Source of the DNA: a virus
IMG/VR virus record: IMGVR_UViG_3300025018_000102
Coordinates: 32,001 to 96,000 of that record
DNA: 64,000 nt
Strand: one strand, 5' to 3'
The translations under genes were made by a program, and so were the position numbers. How positions within the stretch are numbered: position 1 is the first letter of the stretch; the number at the start of each line of letters is the position of its first letter. Shown here piece after piece: positions 47,525 through 58,900 of this stretch. The notes beneath the pieces are model-generated. The model did not search any database. It was not told the origin of the DNA and saw nothing but the letters and a program-made list of their open reading frames with translations.

Positions 47525-50500
47525 TATCTATTCTCGATTACGGATACTTGAACACCCGCCGCACGGATGAGGTTGATGAGGAACTCGAGTCGGAAGCGGA
47601 TATCGGTGGGCATCCGGAAAGGGTAGTCGTAGCCGTCATTTCCGGGCTGGCTTTTGCCACTTGCTCTTATCACCGTCTCTGCAGGGTTATGATTAGATTG
47701 TAACACGATTGGAACTGAAAAACTAAGATTCGAGCCATCTACGGACGTGTAGTTCAACTGCTCTTGTAGCGGCTGGAGCATAGAGACCTTCACCCCGGCA
47801 GCATGGGAGTTCTTCACTCCATACGCGCTTCCGTTGATGTCTAAGGTGGTTGCGGCATCGTTGTTCGTAACCAGGGCGTATTCCTCGTTTGCAGTACCCT
47901 CCCCGATGACTAGGTGATAAGGGTAAACCACTGGAAATGCTGAGGAATCAGCTAGTACGACGGCAGAATCTCCAGGAGCCAGGGCTGTGCCCAAGGCTGA
48001 AGTCCGCTTGATGAGCCCTGAACCGTAGTTGAGGATCACAGATCCTCCATCAGCGGATATCCCTGCTGTAGAAGCAAGTGGGATCTCATCGTACTCCACT
48101 TCAACCATCTCTCTGGTGAGGAATGACTGGCGGACGTACACCTGCTGGGTAGCCGATACTGCTATCCTAAGGCCCTCTGGGTTTAGGATGTTCACAGTGC
48201 TTCCGGGGCCTAGGCTGTACACATACTCCTCGTTGTCGATGAGAAGGGTTCCGGGGCTAGGGAAGGCGAGGGTCGTCCCCAGGGGGATGGAGGTGTCCCC
48301 CACAGCGCGATCGGCAGTCACGGTGGTGGTGAGCCCCACCGGATACTTACTTGTGGGGCGAGTAGTGTACCGGATGCGGCCTTGGTGGTCTCGGTCGATT
48401 GGGTCCACGGTCAGCACGTCGGCCAGAAGTTCAACGTCTGCGCCAATGAGGTGAGAGTTCACTGCTGGAGGAAATACCAAGAGCCTATCGGGACCGGTGT
48501 CCGTCCCAGACACGTACAAGATCTCCTCATTCACTGTGCCTGCACTGACCAGCACTCGGTAGCCTAAGGCGTCCGGGAAGGTGTCCGCCGTACCTCCACC
48601 CGTCAGGGCTGTCACTTCCAACGAGGAGTCTCCTGCAGTGACTGCGGCGGCGAGAGTCGTGGCTGTTCGGCTCTTCAGATTGACGTCGTCAATGTTGATA
48701 CGCTCTCGGTTGGCGGTGACGCGGCCAAGAAGTGCGTTGAAGGGGCTTGCAGAGCCTAGGGGAAAGTTGGATGCATCCAGCACTTCCACTGCAGTGGCGC
48801 CCGTGATGCAGTCCACTGCGAGCGCTGTGGGCCCGGCAAGGACCTCTGACAGAGAGGAAACGTACCCCGCACTGGCTGGCGCTGTCGACACTAGATCGTA
48901 GAGGTATGGGCCCTGCCATGTGTTGGGCACAACGAGTGGATTTCCCTCTGCCAGCGCGCTTGCTCCGGTGTGTGCGGACTCGAAGTAGAACACGTTCGCG
49001 CCCGTAAGGTGGGAAGCGGCGGCGGTAGTTACCAGGGACAGGGTGGTGGGCGAGAACACCCGAATGGTGGTTATTCCATCAGTAAGCGCAGCAAATGTCT
49101 CGCTGTCCACTGGGTTCGTGAAGGTGATGGATGTTGCCGTTGTTCCGGATACTACACGAGAGAAGGACACTCCTGCTCCAGGGTCCTCCACGAAAACCGA
49201 GAACCCAACAGGCACTGATCCAAAAAGGGAGTCGGCGGTGTTTAGTGTGGTGGTCGTGCTTCCTGTCAGTACGTAGGTAGAAGTGAGATAGTCCTTTGTG
49301 TACCCAATGTACTCCGAATCAATGCGCGCAGCTCCGGCGGGCGGAAGAGCCGCGGTGTTCACAACGCTGATGGAAGTGTCTCCGATTGCCACATCTGCTG
49401 TGAGTGGCACGGACACAGAAAGAATCTCTGGGTGCAGATACCCTGCGCTGCGAGTTGTATTGATATCCCCAATCTCCGCAGGAATGAGTAACTCGACGAG
49501 CCTTGGAGTAGACTGTATCACGTCCCAGGCCACGCCCAGCACCTTGGCGCCGCTTACGTGCACTAGGCTCTTAGTGCGTAGAAGTTCTACTTCCACTCCT
49601 ACTGGTACCTCAACATTAGGAACATCCCGCTCTAGTTGGAGCGCGTTCTCTGAGTAGTCATTGAACACGTATTTCAGTGTCGGCCGCACAGAGAAGGTGT
49701 CTCCTGCAGCCACTGCGGCCCCGAGGGCGGTCATAAATGTCAGGGTGTTCGTAGTGGCCCCAACTACAAGTGCCTCCACATCTGCCAACGCGGCGGTGAC
49801 GTTTCCTGTGAAGACCACAATGGATCCAACTAGGCGGCCGGACGTGAAGGTGTCCGGGGCACAGGTGAGGGCCGTAGTAGTGCCTGCGGTGGCCGTAAGG
49901 ACACTAGCGGACTTCCCTAGCCGGATGTACCCAGTAGGAGGAAACTTGCTCGTGTCGTCAAGCAGGAGGTACTCGGAAGTGGGAACGTACGCTACCGCAA
50001 CTCCAGTCTGGACCTCTGAAGGTATTGGGCCCACGTGGTCGTTCACGATGGCGGGCGAGACCGTAATCGTTCCAGAGTCCACATCGTTGGCCGTGATGGA
50101 CACTGTCTCCTCAGACGCTGTCCCTGGGCTCAGGGTGATTGTCGCGGAGAAGGTAGTTGGGAACAGTTGTGAGTCGTACAGGTAAAGAGAAGTGTCACCA
50201 GTTGATGCAGGAAGCACCAAGGTCTCAGCAGCGTCCTCTCGAGCCGTGTGAGAGAAGCTGGTGGCTGCCTCAAGCCACACTCGGTTCTCTCCGCGATCGA
50301 TAAAGCAGTAAGGAAGGGTCTCCTCCGTGGCTAGCCCTTGGTCTAGGATGATTGTTCCCAGGTCTGGAAAGGCGTCTACATTGTTCAGTACGATAGACCC
50401 TACTCCAGCAGGAGTGTCCTCTTCAACGTTCCCGCACACAGTCACCCGCGGGCCAAACACGATGGTCAGTACATCTCTGAACTTCTGGGCAATCTGCTTG

Positions 50501-50676
50501 TACCGGAGGCCTAGGGTCTTGGTGATCGCACGCCAGGAGTCGTCGCTGAAACCCAAAGGAGGACGCTCTAGGCCGATGTTTGAGGAGACGTTGTTTAGGT
50601 ACTCCCCGTCAGCGTAGTCGACACTCATTTGGTCGAGCACCTCAGCGATGGCGCTCTGCTGTACTTCAGTGGTCAT
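47524..50676 (-). CDS. baseplate wedge protein with multiple repeated beta domains
   Basis: ADGEYLNNVSSNIGLERP...SDDSWR N-terminus; LIRAAGVQV C-terminus; follows baseplate J. Confidence 0.8.
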   Translation of the reverse strand: MTTEVQQSAIAEVLDQMSVDYADGEYLNNVSSNIGLERPPLGFSDDSWRAITKTLGLRYKQIAQKFRDVLTIVFGPRVTVCGNVEEDTPAGVGSIVLNNVDAFPDLGTIILDQGLATEETLPYCFIDRGENRVWLEAATSFSHTAREDAAETLVLPASTGDTSLYLYDSQLFPTTFSATITLSPGTASEETVSITANDVDSGTITVSPAIVNDHVGPIPSEVQTGVAVAYVPTSEYLLLDDTSKFPPTGYIRLGKSASVLTATAGTTTALTCAPDTFTSGRLVGSIVVFTGNVTAALADVEALVVGATTNTLTFMTALGAAVAAGDTFSVRPTLKYVFNDYSENALQLERDVPNVEVPVGVEVELLRTKSLVHVSGAKVLGVAWDVIQSTPRLVELLIPAEIGDINTTRSAGYLHPEILSVSVPLTADVAIGDTSISVVNTAALPPAGAARIDSEYIGYTKDYLTSTYVLTGSTTTTLNTADSLFGSVPVGFSVFVEDPGAGVSFSRVVSGTTATSITFTNPVDSETFAALTDGITTIRVFSPTTLSLVTTAAASHLTGANVFYFESAHTGASALAEGNPLVVPNTWQGPYLYDLVSTAPASAGYVSSLSEVLAGPTALAVDCITGATAVEVLDASNFPLGSASPFNALLGRVTANRERINIDDVNLKSRTATTLAAAVTAGDSSLEVTALTGGGTADTFPDALGYRVLVSAGTVNEEILYVSGTDTGPDRLLVFPPAVNSHLIGADVELLADVLTVDPIDRDHQGRIRYTTRPTSKYPVGLTTTVTADRAVGDTSIPLGTTLAFPSPGTLLIDNEEYVYSLGPGSTVNILNPEGLRIAVSATQQVYVRQSFLTREMVEVEYDEIPLASTAGISADGGSVILNYGSGLIKRTSALGTALAPGDSAVVLADSSAFPVVYPYHLVIGEGTANEEYALVTNNDAATTLDINGSAYGVKNSHAAGVKVSMLQPLQEQLNYTSVDGSNLSFSVPIVLQSNHNPAETVIRASGKSQPGNDGYDYPFRMPTDIRFRLEFLINLIRAAGVQVSVIENR

Positions 50677-50677
50677 T

Positions 50678-52504
50678 CTAGACGATGCTAACTAGCGAGT
50701 TTCCGTCGCTGTCTCTTGCTATAGGGAGTTCATTCTCCAGCACTGAGATGTTGTTTGTTGGTGAGGATACTCTAATATCCAGAACTCCGTCAACCGTGAG
50801 GGCCCTGGAGACCATGTTGGAGATGATGACATCCTCCCCCAGCTTGCGAGAGGACACATAGGCCTCAATCTCTTGTTGGACCAAGGGCCTTAGGGTGTTC
50901 TCTACAAAGCCAGGCTTAGCAGAGATGGAGGCCGTAACCGAAATGCGGCGGATGGTGGGCGCCTCCACAGAGAGGAAGATTCCTCCAGCCTTGACGCCCG
51001 GATACACGTTCGCGTCGTCCTCGTCACCCTCCAGCACCTTCTGCACTTCGGCGATCAGATTGGTGTAGTATGAGTACTGAGCGAACACAATGGCTCCCCC
51101 AGCCACTCCGCTTGTGGAGGACATCTGCAGTTCACCAGTGCCCCGGTTGAGCACGTAATCCACTCCAGGAGTAAGTTCGCCGATTCCTCCGCCCCCATCC
51201 ACATAGACCCGTTCTGTTCCCCTTACGACCGGGTAGTTCTGTAGCCTGAAACGTCGCCGGCCGGCTTCTGCTGACGTCACAAGAACATCCACCAAGGAGA
51301 CCGTAGTGGAGTCGCTGTGGATGTTTGTTGTGCCCGAAGCCAGTAGGAGGCGATTTGTGGAGTCGTCTTTTGAGGTCACTTCCACAAGCTCTGCTGGACC
51401 TGACTCGATGAGGTATGTTCCGACGCTGGGAAGGTCGGACGTGTCGCTCATAGGCAGTTCGGTGACGCCAAGCAACGTAGCGCCTACAATGCTTGCGGAC
51501 GGCAGGCTTTGGGCCGAAGGAACAAGGCCTACCCCGTTGTCGATGTAGACAAGAACCTCGGCGTTGGCGAAGTCCTCCACAATGTTGGATGACACTGTGC
51601 GCTGACCTGTGGTAGGATCGGTGACACCCACAGAGTTGGACCGGATGGCCAGTGGGGTGCCTCGTGAGAGGGACTGTAACTGTTGGAGCCCTCGATCCAA
51701 GAAGTCGGCGTCGCTCTCTCGGTCTGTGCCAGGAGTGGCCTCTTTCAGGTTGGTAACTCCCGCAGACTGGAACGGTTTCGCACCTGAAAACTGAGACACC
51801 TTACCCCTACCTACATTTGCAGAGGAGCCAGACACCGTAGCCCTGGCGAACACTTCATTGCTGAAGAAGTTGCCTGGAGCGATGAACGCGGCTGTGGTGG
51901 TGGAGAAGATGCGGGAAGCCTCGGTCACCGTGGCCGGAGCATTCACCATAGTGTTCCGCCCAATGGAGCGGGCGACGGCCCCTGTGAGCAGGTTCACTCG
52001 GTCGCCCACAACAAGGTCGTTGGCCACAGGAGCACTCAGTGTCAAGGTTCTAGCAGCGGTGTTGTGTGCGGTGACAACAACGTCTTGAAGCCTTGTTGTC
52101 CCTTCACCTATTCGGACAGTGTAAGGGAATCCGGACGTAGGGAACCCCGAACTGTTGAACAGTTCGATGCTTGTGGCACCACTGGCCACATCGGTTGCGA
52201 GGCGATTCGTAATGATGGACGTGTCATAGAACCTAACAGGAACGAGAGCCTTCGTTGCACGGAGCCGAACGAGGCCGTAGTCGGCCATTCGCCGGTCCAG
52301 TTTGTTGCCTTTGGCGTTCAAGATGGAGAACGCGGCAAGGAGCTGGGTCATCTGGAAGTACTGCTCATCGTCCTCGTAGGCAGCCGCTTCTAGGATGGAG
52401 CGCACCATCGAGCCCACGGTGAAGTCGCTTAGTGTGCTGTTTGCGCGTACATAAGCGATCATATCCTCTAGGATGATGGGAAAAGATCTAGGAGAGAAGC
52501 TCAT
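50678..52504 (-). CDS. baseplate J-like (gp6-like) protein
   Basis: SDFTVGSMVRSILEA, LDRRMADYGLVR, GTDRESDADF..R, SRGTPLAI, KAGGI, VDGVLD. Confidence 0.9.
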   Translation of the reverse strand: MSFSPRSFPIILEDMIAYVRANSTLSDFTVGSMVRSILEAAAYEDDEQYFQMTQLLAAFSILNAKGNKLDRRMADYGLVRLRATKALVPVRFYDTSIITNRLATDVASGATSIELFNSSGFPTSGFPYTVRIGEGTTRLQDVVVTAHNTAARTLTLSAPVANDLVVGDRVNLLTGAVARSIGRNTMVNAPATVTEASRIFSTTTAAFIAPGNFFSNEVFARATVSGSSANVGRGKVSQFSGAKPFQSAGVTNLKEATPGTDRESDADFLDRGLQQLQSLSRGTPLAIRSNSVGVTDPTTGQRTVSSNIVEDFANAEVLVYIDNGVGLVPSAQSLPSASIVGATLLGVTELPMSDTSDLPSVGTYLIESGPAELVEVTSKDDSTNRLLLASGTTNIHSDSTTVSLVDVLVTSAEAGRRRFRLQNYPVVRGTERVYVDGGGGIGELTPGVDYVLNRGTGELQMSSTSGVAGGAIVFAQYSYYTNLIAEVQKVLEGDEDDANVYPGVKAGGIFLSVEAPTIRRISVTASISAKPGFVENTLRPLVQQEIEAYVSSRKLGEDVIISNMVSRALTVDGVLDIRVSSPTNNISVLENELPIARDSDGNSLVSIV

Positions 52505-54331
52505 TTAGAACCTACGCAGTGCAAAGTTTGTAGAAACATAGTCGTTAGTCTTGTTTAGCTTGACGGTAGCTTCCATAATGAGAGCATCACCGTCAGTGTA
52601 GAATCTGAGATAAGACACTTCACTGATACGCGGGTCAGACTTCAGAGTTGCTACAACGTTCAAACGGAAAGTGTTGAATGCCGATGGGTCTGCCTTAGTG
52701 CCAATAGCGAACTTCGCCCCAAACCTAGGATGCATGAGAAGGGTGCCTTGCTCTGTGATGAACTTGATCTTTATCGCCTGCTCAACGTTTGCTGTGCCTA
52801 CAATGGAGCCAAGGTCCCCGTTCTGGTCCACCGCGAAGTCAGTCAGCTCTCCGTCCGAGGAGGTTACCAGCCGAATGTCACGACCAAACGCCTGTGTAGC
52901 CACTTCACCCACAGCACTCTTACTGAAGTTGGTGTCGAGCTGATTGCCGGACGGGTTCACTGGTGACAGTGTGGATGGGTCGGACCCATCGGCCTCCACT
53001 GGGTACAGAAAGGTGTCTCCAGGAGCCAGAACCCCAGGAACCAAAGTGGCGCTGTCGCTCACGTAAGGAGAGGACAACCCGTTCAAGAGGGCGATCTCGT
53101 GCCACCGGCTTGAGGATCCTAAGAGCCGTAGGGCGATGTTGCCGATGGTCTCTCCGCGGTGTACTGTGCCTTCCCGAACTCGGGTCGGGAGGTTGCGACG
53201 ACCGGCTTGTGTTTCTCGGCGCCCGAGAGTAGGGTCCGTGAAGGCGTTCAGCAGCCCGGATCCCGCCACGCCCGCGACCGTGCCCTTAGCGAAGTTCTCG
53301 CTTCGCATACGTGCAAAGGTCCTAACGAGCACTCGAAAAGCTCGCACGATCTCACTGCGTGTCGCCACAGTGCCGCCTAGGTCGGGCTCGAGGGATGCCT
53401 GCAGCACCTCGACGGCCTCAAGCACTCGGGCCTCTCCCTCGATGATAGCTGTCCTCAACCCCTTCACCACTCCAGTGGAAGCGTTGTTAATGGCCGCAAG
53501 GCCCTTTAGTACCGAGATAACAGGCCCTGTGACAAGATCGATTGTAGTGTAACCGGCCGCCTTGATTCTGTTTATGTTTGTAGCTATTACCATAAAAGAA
53601 CTGCTCAGGGCCTGCTGGTACCCCTGCACACGAGCGCTCAGTGCGGAGATGGTCTCCGTGATGCTCAGTGGGTCGTTAGGAATGTTGAGAGTGGCTGAGA
53701 AAGGGCTGATGCCCTTGAAGCTCATGCTGTACTTGTACGTCATGGGACTGGACTTGTCCCGGTTGAGCTTGAACTCAGTTGGCTCAACGACCCAATAGTC
53801 GTCGTCCTTGGCGTTTCGCCAGATCATGATGACCTTGCGGCCTAAATGCTTCAGATCACTGTACAGGCGGAAGATGTTCCGCATGAAATGAATGTCGTCG
53901 ATGCCCGTCACTTCCTTCTCGTCGAGCGTGGCTCGAAGGGCGCCTGGGTCAATCAGGGTCTCAAAGGACGAGGTGTTCAGTAGTGGGATCTCGTTCGGAA
54001 GGCCCTTACGAGGCCGAAGTCCTGTCGTGCCCTGGACCGAGATCATCTTGTAGATGGACCCATGGGACTCCACAAACTTGCCGCCGTTCTGGGTAGAGAC
54101 GACCTTTGTAGTAAATGGCTCTGTGACCTCAATGGACTGAGGGCTTATCGTAAAGAAGTACTCGGCGGTGGGGCGCTGTCCTGCTGGGTCAAGCCGCCCA
54201 TCCCCAATCACCTCCTGAGTTTTCAGATCCCACAGAAAGAAACTGTAGTACTTCTGAAGTTCGGCGTAGTTGGTGACCTTGCCCTTCTCGCGAATAGGCT
54301 TTGTTATGGTATCTGAGAAAGCGGAGGCCAT
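52505..54331 (-). CDS. tail tube initiator-like, LysM and gp25/GPW-like fusion protein
   Basis: FTISPQSIEV N-domain; LysM GETIGNIALRLLG...WHEIALLNGL; C-terminal GDLGSIVGTANVEQAI...HPRFG...DPRI. Confidence 0.75.
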   Translation of the reverse strand: MASAFSDTITKPIREKGKVTNYAELQKYYSFFLWDLKTQEVIGDGRLDPAGQRPTAEYFFTISPQSIEVTEPFTTKVVSTQNGGKFVESHGSIYKMISVQGTTGLRPRKGLPNEIPLLNTSSFETLIDPGALRATLDEKEVTGIDDIHFMRNIFRLYSDLKHLGRKVIMIWRNAKDDDYWVVEPTEFKLNRDKSSPMTYKYSMSFKGISPFSATLNIPNDPLSITETISALSARVQGYQQALSSSFMVIATNINRIKAAGYTTIDLVTGPVISVLKGLAAINNASTGVVKGLRTAIIEGEARVLEAVEVLQASLEPDLGGTVATRSEIVRAFRVLVRTFARMRSENFAKGTVAGVAGSGLLNAFTDPTLGRRETQAGRRNLPTRVREGTVHRGETIGNIALRLLGSSSRWHEIALLNGLSSPYVSDSATLVPGVLAPGDTFLYPVEADGSDPSTLSPVNPSGNQLDTNFSKSAVGEVATQAFGRDIRLVTSSDGELTDFAVDQNGDLGSIVGTANVEQAIKIKFITEQGTLLMHPRFGAKFAIGTKADPSAFNTFRLNVVATLKSDPRISEVSYLRFYTDGDALIMEATVKLNKTNDYVSTNFALRRF

Positions 54332-54332
54332 A

Positions 54333-54785
54333 CTAAGTCCAAGGAAGGGTGGTGAAGGGTGTGGCGATGAGAGTTGTACTGCCCGTACGCGCCCAGGTGT
54401 CTATGGCGATGGAGAATGCTGCAGTGGCTGTTTCGTGCGTTGCGGCCGTAGACCCAAACAGAGTTGCGAAGCCCACGTTTCCTGGGGGAGGCACAGACAC
54501 ATATGTGCCGGTAGAAACGATCTGGAGGGACACCTGAAGGGCCGTGGTCCTGAACGCGGTCTCCATTGGCTCAATAGCAGCCCCCGACTCAAACGCAGCC
54601 TGGAGAGCGCTGCGTAGGAAAGTGTTCGAAAAAGACAAGTCAGGGACTGTGGAGAGCTGCAGCATTCCGGAGAGGTAGTTGGTGGTCGCGTCCGCCCAAG
54701 CAGCAGCGCAGCCCTCAAAGGAATCCGGAGGATCCCGGAAGAGGGAGAGTAGGTCAGTCTGTAGTTGGGCGGGGTTTAGCGGCAC
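54333..54785 (-). CDS. baseplate-associated hypothetical protein
   Basis: Position after the spike gene. Confidence 0.6.
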   Translation of the reverse strand: MPLNPAQLQTDLLSLFRDPPDSFEGCAAAWADATTNYLSGMLQLSTVPDLSFSNTFLRSALQAAFESGAAIEPMETAFRTTALQVSLQIVSTGTYVSVPPPGNVGFATLFGSTAATHETATAAFSIAIDTWARTGSTTLIATPFTTLPWT

Positions 54786-55921
54786 TATTCAACAATCGTC
54801 TTTGTGCTAAGGACGGCCGCCACGAAGCGGTCTATGTCCACTTGATTGATTTTTGCGGGACCTGTTGCGGTGAGAACAGTCAGTTCTCCTAGGAAAGTGT
54901 GGAGGTCTCCGCCTCTTGGTATGCCTTGACCTGCTTGAGCGTTCTTCCCGAGCTTGATGCCTGCAGACTCTAATTCTACCAGATTTGTGGCCTCTATGAC
55001 AGCCTCATCCTTTGACTTGACCTTGAACGTCCTTGGGACCTGAATAGACACGGTATTTTGGTCTGTGAACAGGTAGGACTTCTCGTAGGTCTGGTTGCCT
55101 CCGGCCTGTGTTGGCTTTGGGTTAGATTGAGGTATTTGAGCCTCAACACCTCCAAGAATGCCTTTTCCTTCGTCAATCTTGTCCCATACAAGCTCCAGAG
55201 ACTGAGAGGTCTTGGGGTTGATTAGGATTGAGCCCCCGTTGTCTGGGTCCTCTGTCCGGCCCCAACGGCCCTCTGTGGGCCCATCCTCGCCGAACTTCAG
55301 TTTGGAGTTGGCGAAACGGGTGGACAGGTACAAGCTGCCCTGCTTGGTGACGACGAACTCAACGCCGTTCAGGCGAGTGAGGGCACGACCACCCTGCTTG
55401 AGGGCTCTGGGAGATCCTCCGTCTGTGGGGTACGCGTTGCCAGTAGTTTGTGGGTCGTAGAAGTTCTTTGGGTGGGGCCACCAACTGCTAATGTAAGGGG
55501 CATCTAGGCTGCCTCCCAGAAAGGACACCACGCACCAATCCCCGTCCAACTCGTTTGGGTCAGTCTCGGATAGCGAGGACCTCAACTCAGCCCCAGTGGT
55601 CACGTTGGACGTAGGGCGAGGGAGCCATTCACAGTAGTCGTCTAGGCCCGAGGGATGCTGCGGAGGAATGACCACGTTACTCAGGACCATGGAGGCAGCG
55701 GAGTTGGCCTCTACGATTAGGACAGAGCAAGTGTGAGCAGACCCGTGAGCATCACTTACTCGGGTAGAATAGATGTTCTTAGGGTCGTCAGATGGAGTGA
55801 CAGTAAGCACCACGCCCAAAAGAGACCCACGCATCCTATAGTGGCCATAGTCTTGTCCAGAAAGAGAAAGCCCTGCTTGAATGGGCGTACGATTGGGAGA
55901 TATGTTGAAGCGGCTACTCAT
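54785..55921 (-). CDS. baseplate central spike (gpV/gp5-like)
   Basis: OB-fold end GDWCVVSFLGG...PYI; beta-repeat C-terminus IKLG...RG; start re-called at the second Met. Confidence 0.7.
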   Translation of the reverse strand: MSSRFNISPNRTPIQAGLSLSGQDYGHYRMRGSLLGVVLTVTPSDDPKNIYSTRVSDAHGSAHTCSVLIVEANSAASMVLSNVVIPPQHPSGLDDYCEWLPRPTSNVTTGAELRSSLSETDPNELDGDWCVVSFLGGSLDAPYISSWWPHPKNFYDPQTTGNAYPTDGGSPRALKQGGRALTRLNGVEFVVTKQGSLYLSTRFANSKLKFGEDGPTEGRWGRTEDPDNGGSILINPKTSQSLELVWDKIDEGKGILGGVEAQIPQSNPKPTQAGGNQTYEKSYLFTDQNTVSIQVPRTFKVKSKDEAVIEATNLVELESAGIKLGKNAQAGQGIPRGGDLHTFLGELTVLTATGPAKINQVDIDRFVAAVLSTKTIVE

Positions 55922-58900
55922 CTGGCAACTCCGAGAGGACATCCACCTCAGTGCCCGTGATGACTACCTCGCCCTCACCTGCGTTCACAAGCCCCAGTTC
56001 TGCATCGATCTGAGCCAGGAGGTTCGCTGTGCGCTCAGTGCTTCCTGCCCCGTAGTCGGGAGTGCCTTGGGTGTCAGCCGGAGTGAGGCCAGGGGACTCC
56101 CCTCCAGGCTCGTAGTCCGCTTCAAGTTCGGAGAAGTCGTATGGGGCTTCGCCCCAGTTGGCCGGATTGTCCAACTCGTTGGTGATTCCACGTCCGTCAA
56201 GTGTTGCCATTGTGTTGGCATCTCGACGATCTCGGAAAGTAATGCCGTTACGCACAGCCACAGGATCCGGAACATTGAAGTACTGCGCCAACCGTGAGCC
56301 TTCCTTGCGCGAGTTCTCTGCCCCAGGGAAGCCTGGAGTGGCTGGGAGGGCGTAGGCTGGGAACGGGTTGTTCGGCTGCCCTCGAGTCACTGTGAGGGAA
56401 GTAGTCATTGTGTCTGGGTACTGATAAGTGTGATTTACGTTCTCTACGTAAAATGACAGATTCCGTTCAAGGATGTCGAGCCGATACCCGACTCGGATCT
56501 CTGGGGCGGGGCGAGTCACTATGGACCCGTTCAGGTATTCCACGTTGTGCTGGAACCAGTGGTCTTGCAGAAGGCACCAACGGCCTAACTGCTTTCGCTG
56601 GTCCATGACAGTGACTGGGCGAAGGGGCGTTGGTGCAGTTGCCGCCTCAAACTCATCGATCTCGTCTGGCTCGACCTCCTCTGTGTTCGCGGAGCGTGCA
56701 AGGTCTTCGTCTTCATGAGGGCCCTCCCCGCCTCCTTCCTCAAAGTCGACTTCAGTGACCTCTGGGGGCGTAGTTCCTGCTCTAGAGGCCTCTTTGATCA
56801 GTACTCGAAGCGGCTTGTCTGCGTACTCGGCAAACCAGGCCTCTGGGTCTTGGGAGTAGATGGAGCCTGGGTCTGGAGGCCTAACGTCTCGTGGGCTAAC
56901 CGAGTCAGCCACAAGTCTACGTTTGGCAGGGGTGGTCGCAGCGGCCGCAGCAGCGGCCCTATTGGCCTCAGCGTAGTAGACGTCGGGGTTGTACTTGGAC
57001 GGGATCCTTGAAGTGATCTCGAAGTGAAGATGAGGAAGAGGCGCACTAAACTCACGGCGAGGCTTTGCCCTTGAGCCGTAAGTCTTGCCCATGTAACCAA
57101 GGATTTCTCCCTTACGCACGTACACAGGGCTGTAGGCTGGATTGGCGTAAGGGGACACGCCTTCTGCCACGTACTGTCCAGAGCGAAGAGTAGAGGTGTT
57201 GGTTGCTTCCCACTTGGACTCAATGGAACTTAGATGGGCGTAGAAGCTGATGAGTTTTCGGTCACCCTCAGAGAACTGGGGGTGATGCACGCCTACACAG
57301 TTTCCATAGCCGTCGATAGCCCCAGATGGAGCGGCACACACAACGTAGCCGTCCGCGATGGCGTAGATTGGGATGGTCTCACCAGAGGTTGGTCCTGGTG
57401 GGATGTACTCATCGCTCGTGCGTGATCCTGTCCGCGCAAGAGGACCAATGTCCACTCCGTTGTGAAAGTGCCAAAACTCTCCTGAGTTAGCGTTGCGATA
57501 ACGGTACTCACTCGTGAGGAAGTTCGACACGGCCTCGATGCCAGTACCCCTGCCCACGGGAGAGCCTACTTCCATAGAGAAGGTGCCTTCTCCTATGGCC
57601 TGTGTCTCGTTAGGAGAGGTAGTGACCGTGCCAGTTCCAATGTAGAACCGGGCGAAGCGGGTGCGCACCTCACGCACTCGAAGGCCGAATCGGGCGATGT
57701 GGATGGGAGTGATGACGGGAATGAAGTCCCGCATGAAGTACTGTGCGTCTGAGCCTAAGTACACGTCAGACGTCATGCCAAACAAGTTGAACACGTCCTC
57801 GTCGCTGCGACCGAGCCGAGTAGCCCGAATCTCCTTCTCGGACAGGACTGCGACGTCCATGATCTTGTAGCCCTTGGAGGGCCCTACTGCATCACGGTTG
57901 TCCGCAACGTTCATGTTTGGGACTTCGACAATGTGCCGCCCAGGGACGTTGGGCTTGTTGGAGAAGATCGCTCCAACAGGAATATAGTTCAGCGCCTCTG
58001 CGCCTTCGCCGTCTCCCTTGATTGATGTTCCGTCGATCGACTGGATTGTGCCATAGGGGTACTCCCGCATCACAACGGATGGCATGTACCGGACTCCGTT
58101 GGTAGGTACGCCATCGCTGGCTACGTTACCGAATATGTCGTCAGGATCTCGGTCCCACTCCGTGCCCTCAAACGGGACGCCGCCAAGTGACATAGGGCGT
58201 AGGTCAAACATCAACTCGTTGATGACTTCGTTGGACACAGACCTGACGATGGAGATGAGAGGGCCCTGTTGTTGCCACATGCCCATCTCAACTGCGTACC
58301 CGTCGATGGCCTCACGCTCTACAAAGTCTGATAGGTTGACGATGTCGAGTAGGCTCTTCAACTCAGTAGGCTCTGTTCTACGCGCATACTCGACAAGGTT
58401 AGTTCTTACACGTACTAGGAGCTGCTCGTCGCCTGCATCTATTTCTCCCAGTTGTGAACGAAGTGCTTCTTGGATCTGTTCCCGGCTTATGGCAGAGTCT
58501 AGGTCGTCTACGCCATTCGAAGGCTGCAGGTTGTCTAGAAGGCTCTCGAGGCTGTTCTGTTGCTCGGGATTCAGAGCACCGCGTAGGTCAGCGAGAAGCT
58601 TGGTCTTGGCGACCGAGTTACGGATGGCGGTGAGCCGGTCGTCCTCGTTGACTGGGTGAGCCCTTGGTAGGATCCACTGCGACCCAAAGCCCAACTGAAG
58701 GACGAGGGCGCTGGTGACGCAGTCGCTTGGGCTTCCGCTGATCTGCAGGCCTCGGCTGATCATGGAGAGTCCACCAATGTTGAAGGTGGAGTAGTCCTCC
58801 CCGCCCACATCCCTACGCCGCACAAGGTGCGGATTGAAGTAGACGTGCGTCTTCTCTACAGCCTTTTGCCAGTCGGAAGCAATGATGTGGTAGGCGGTTC

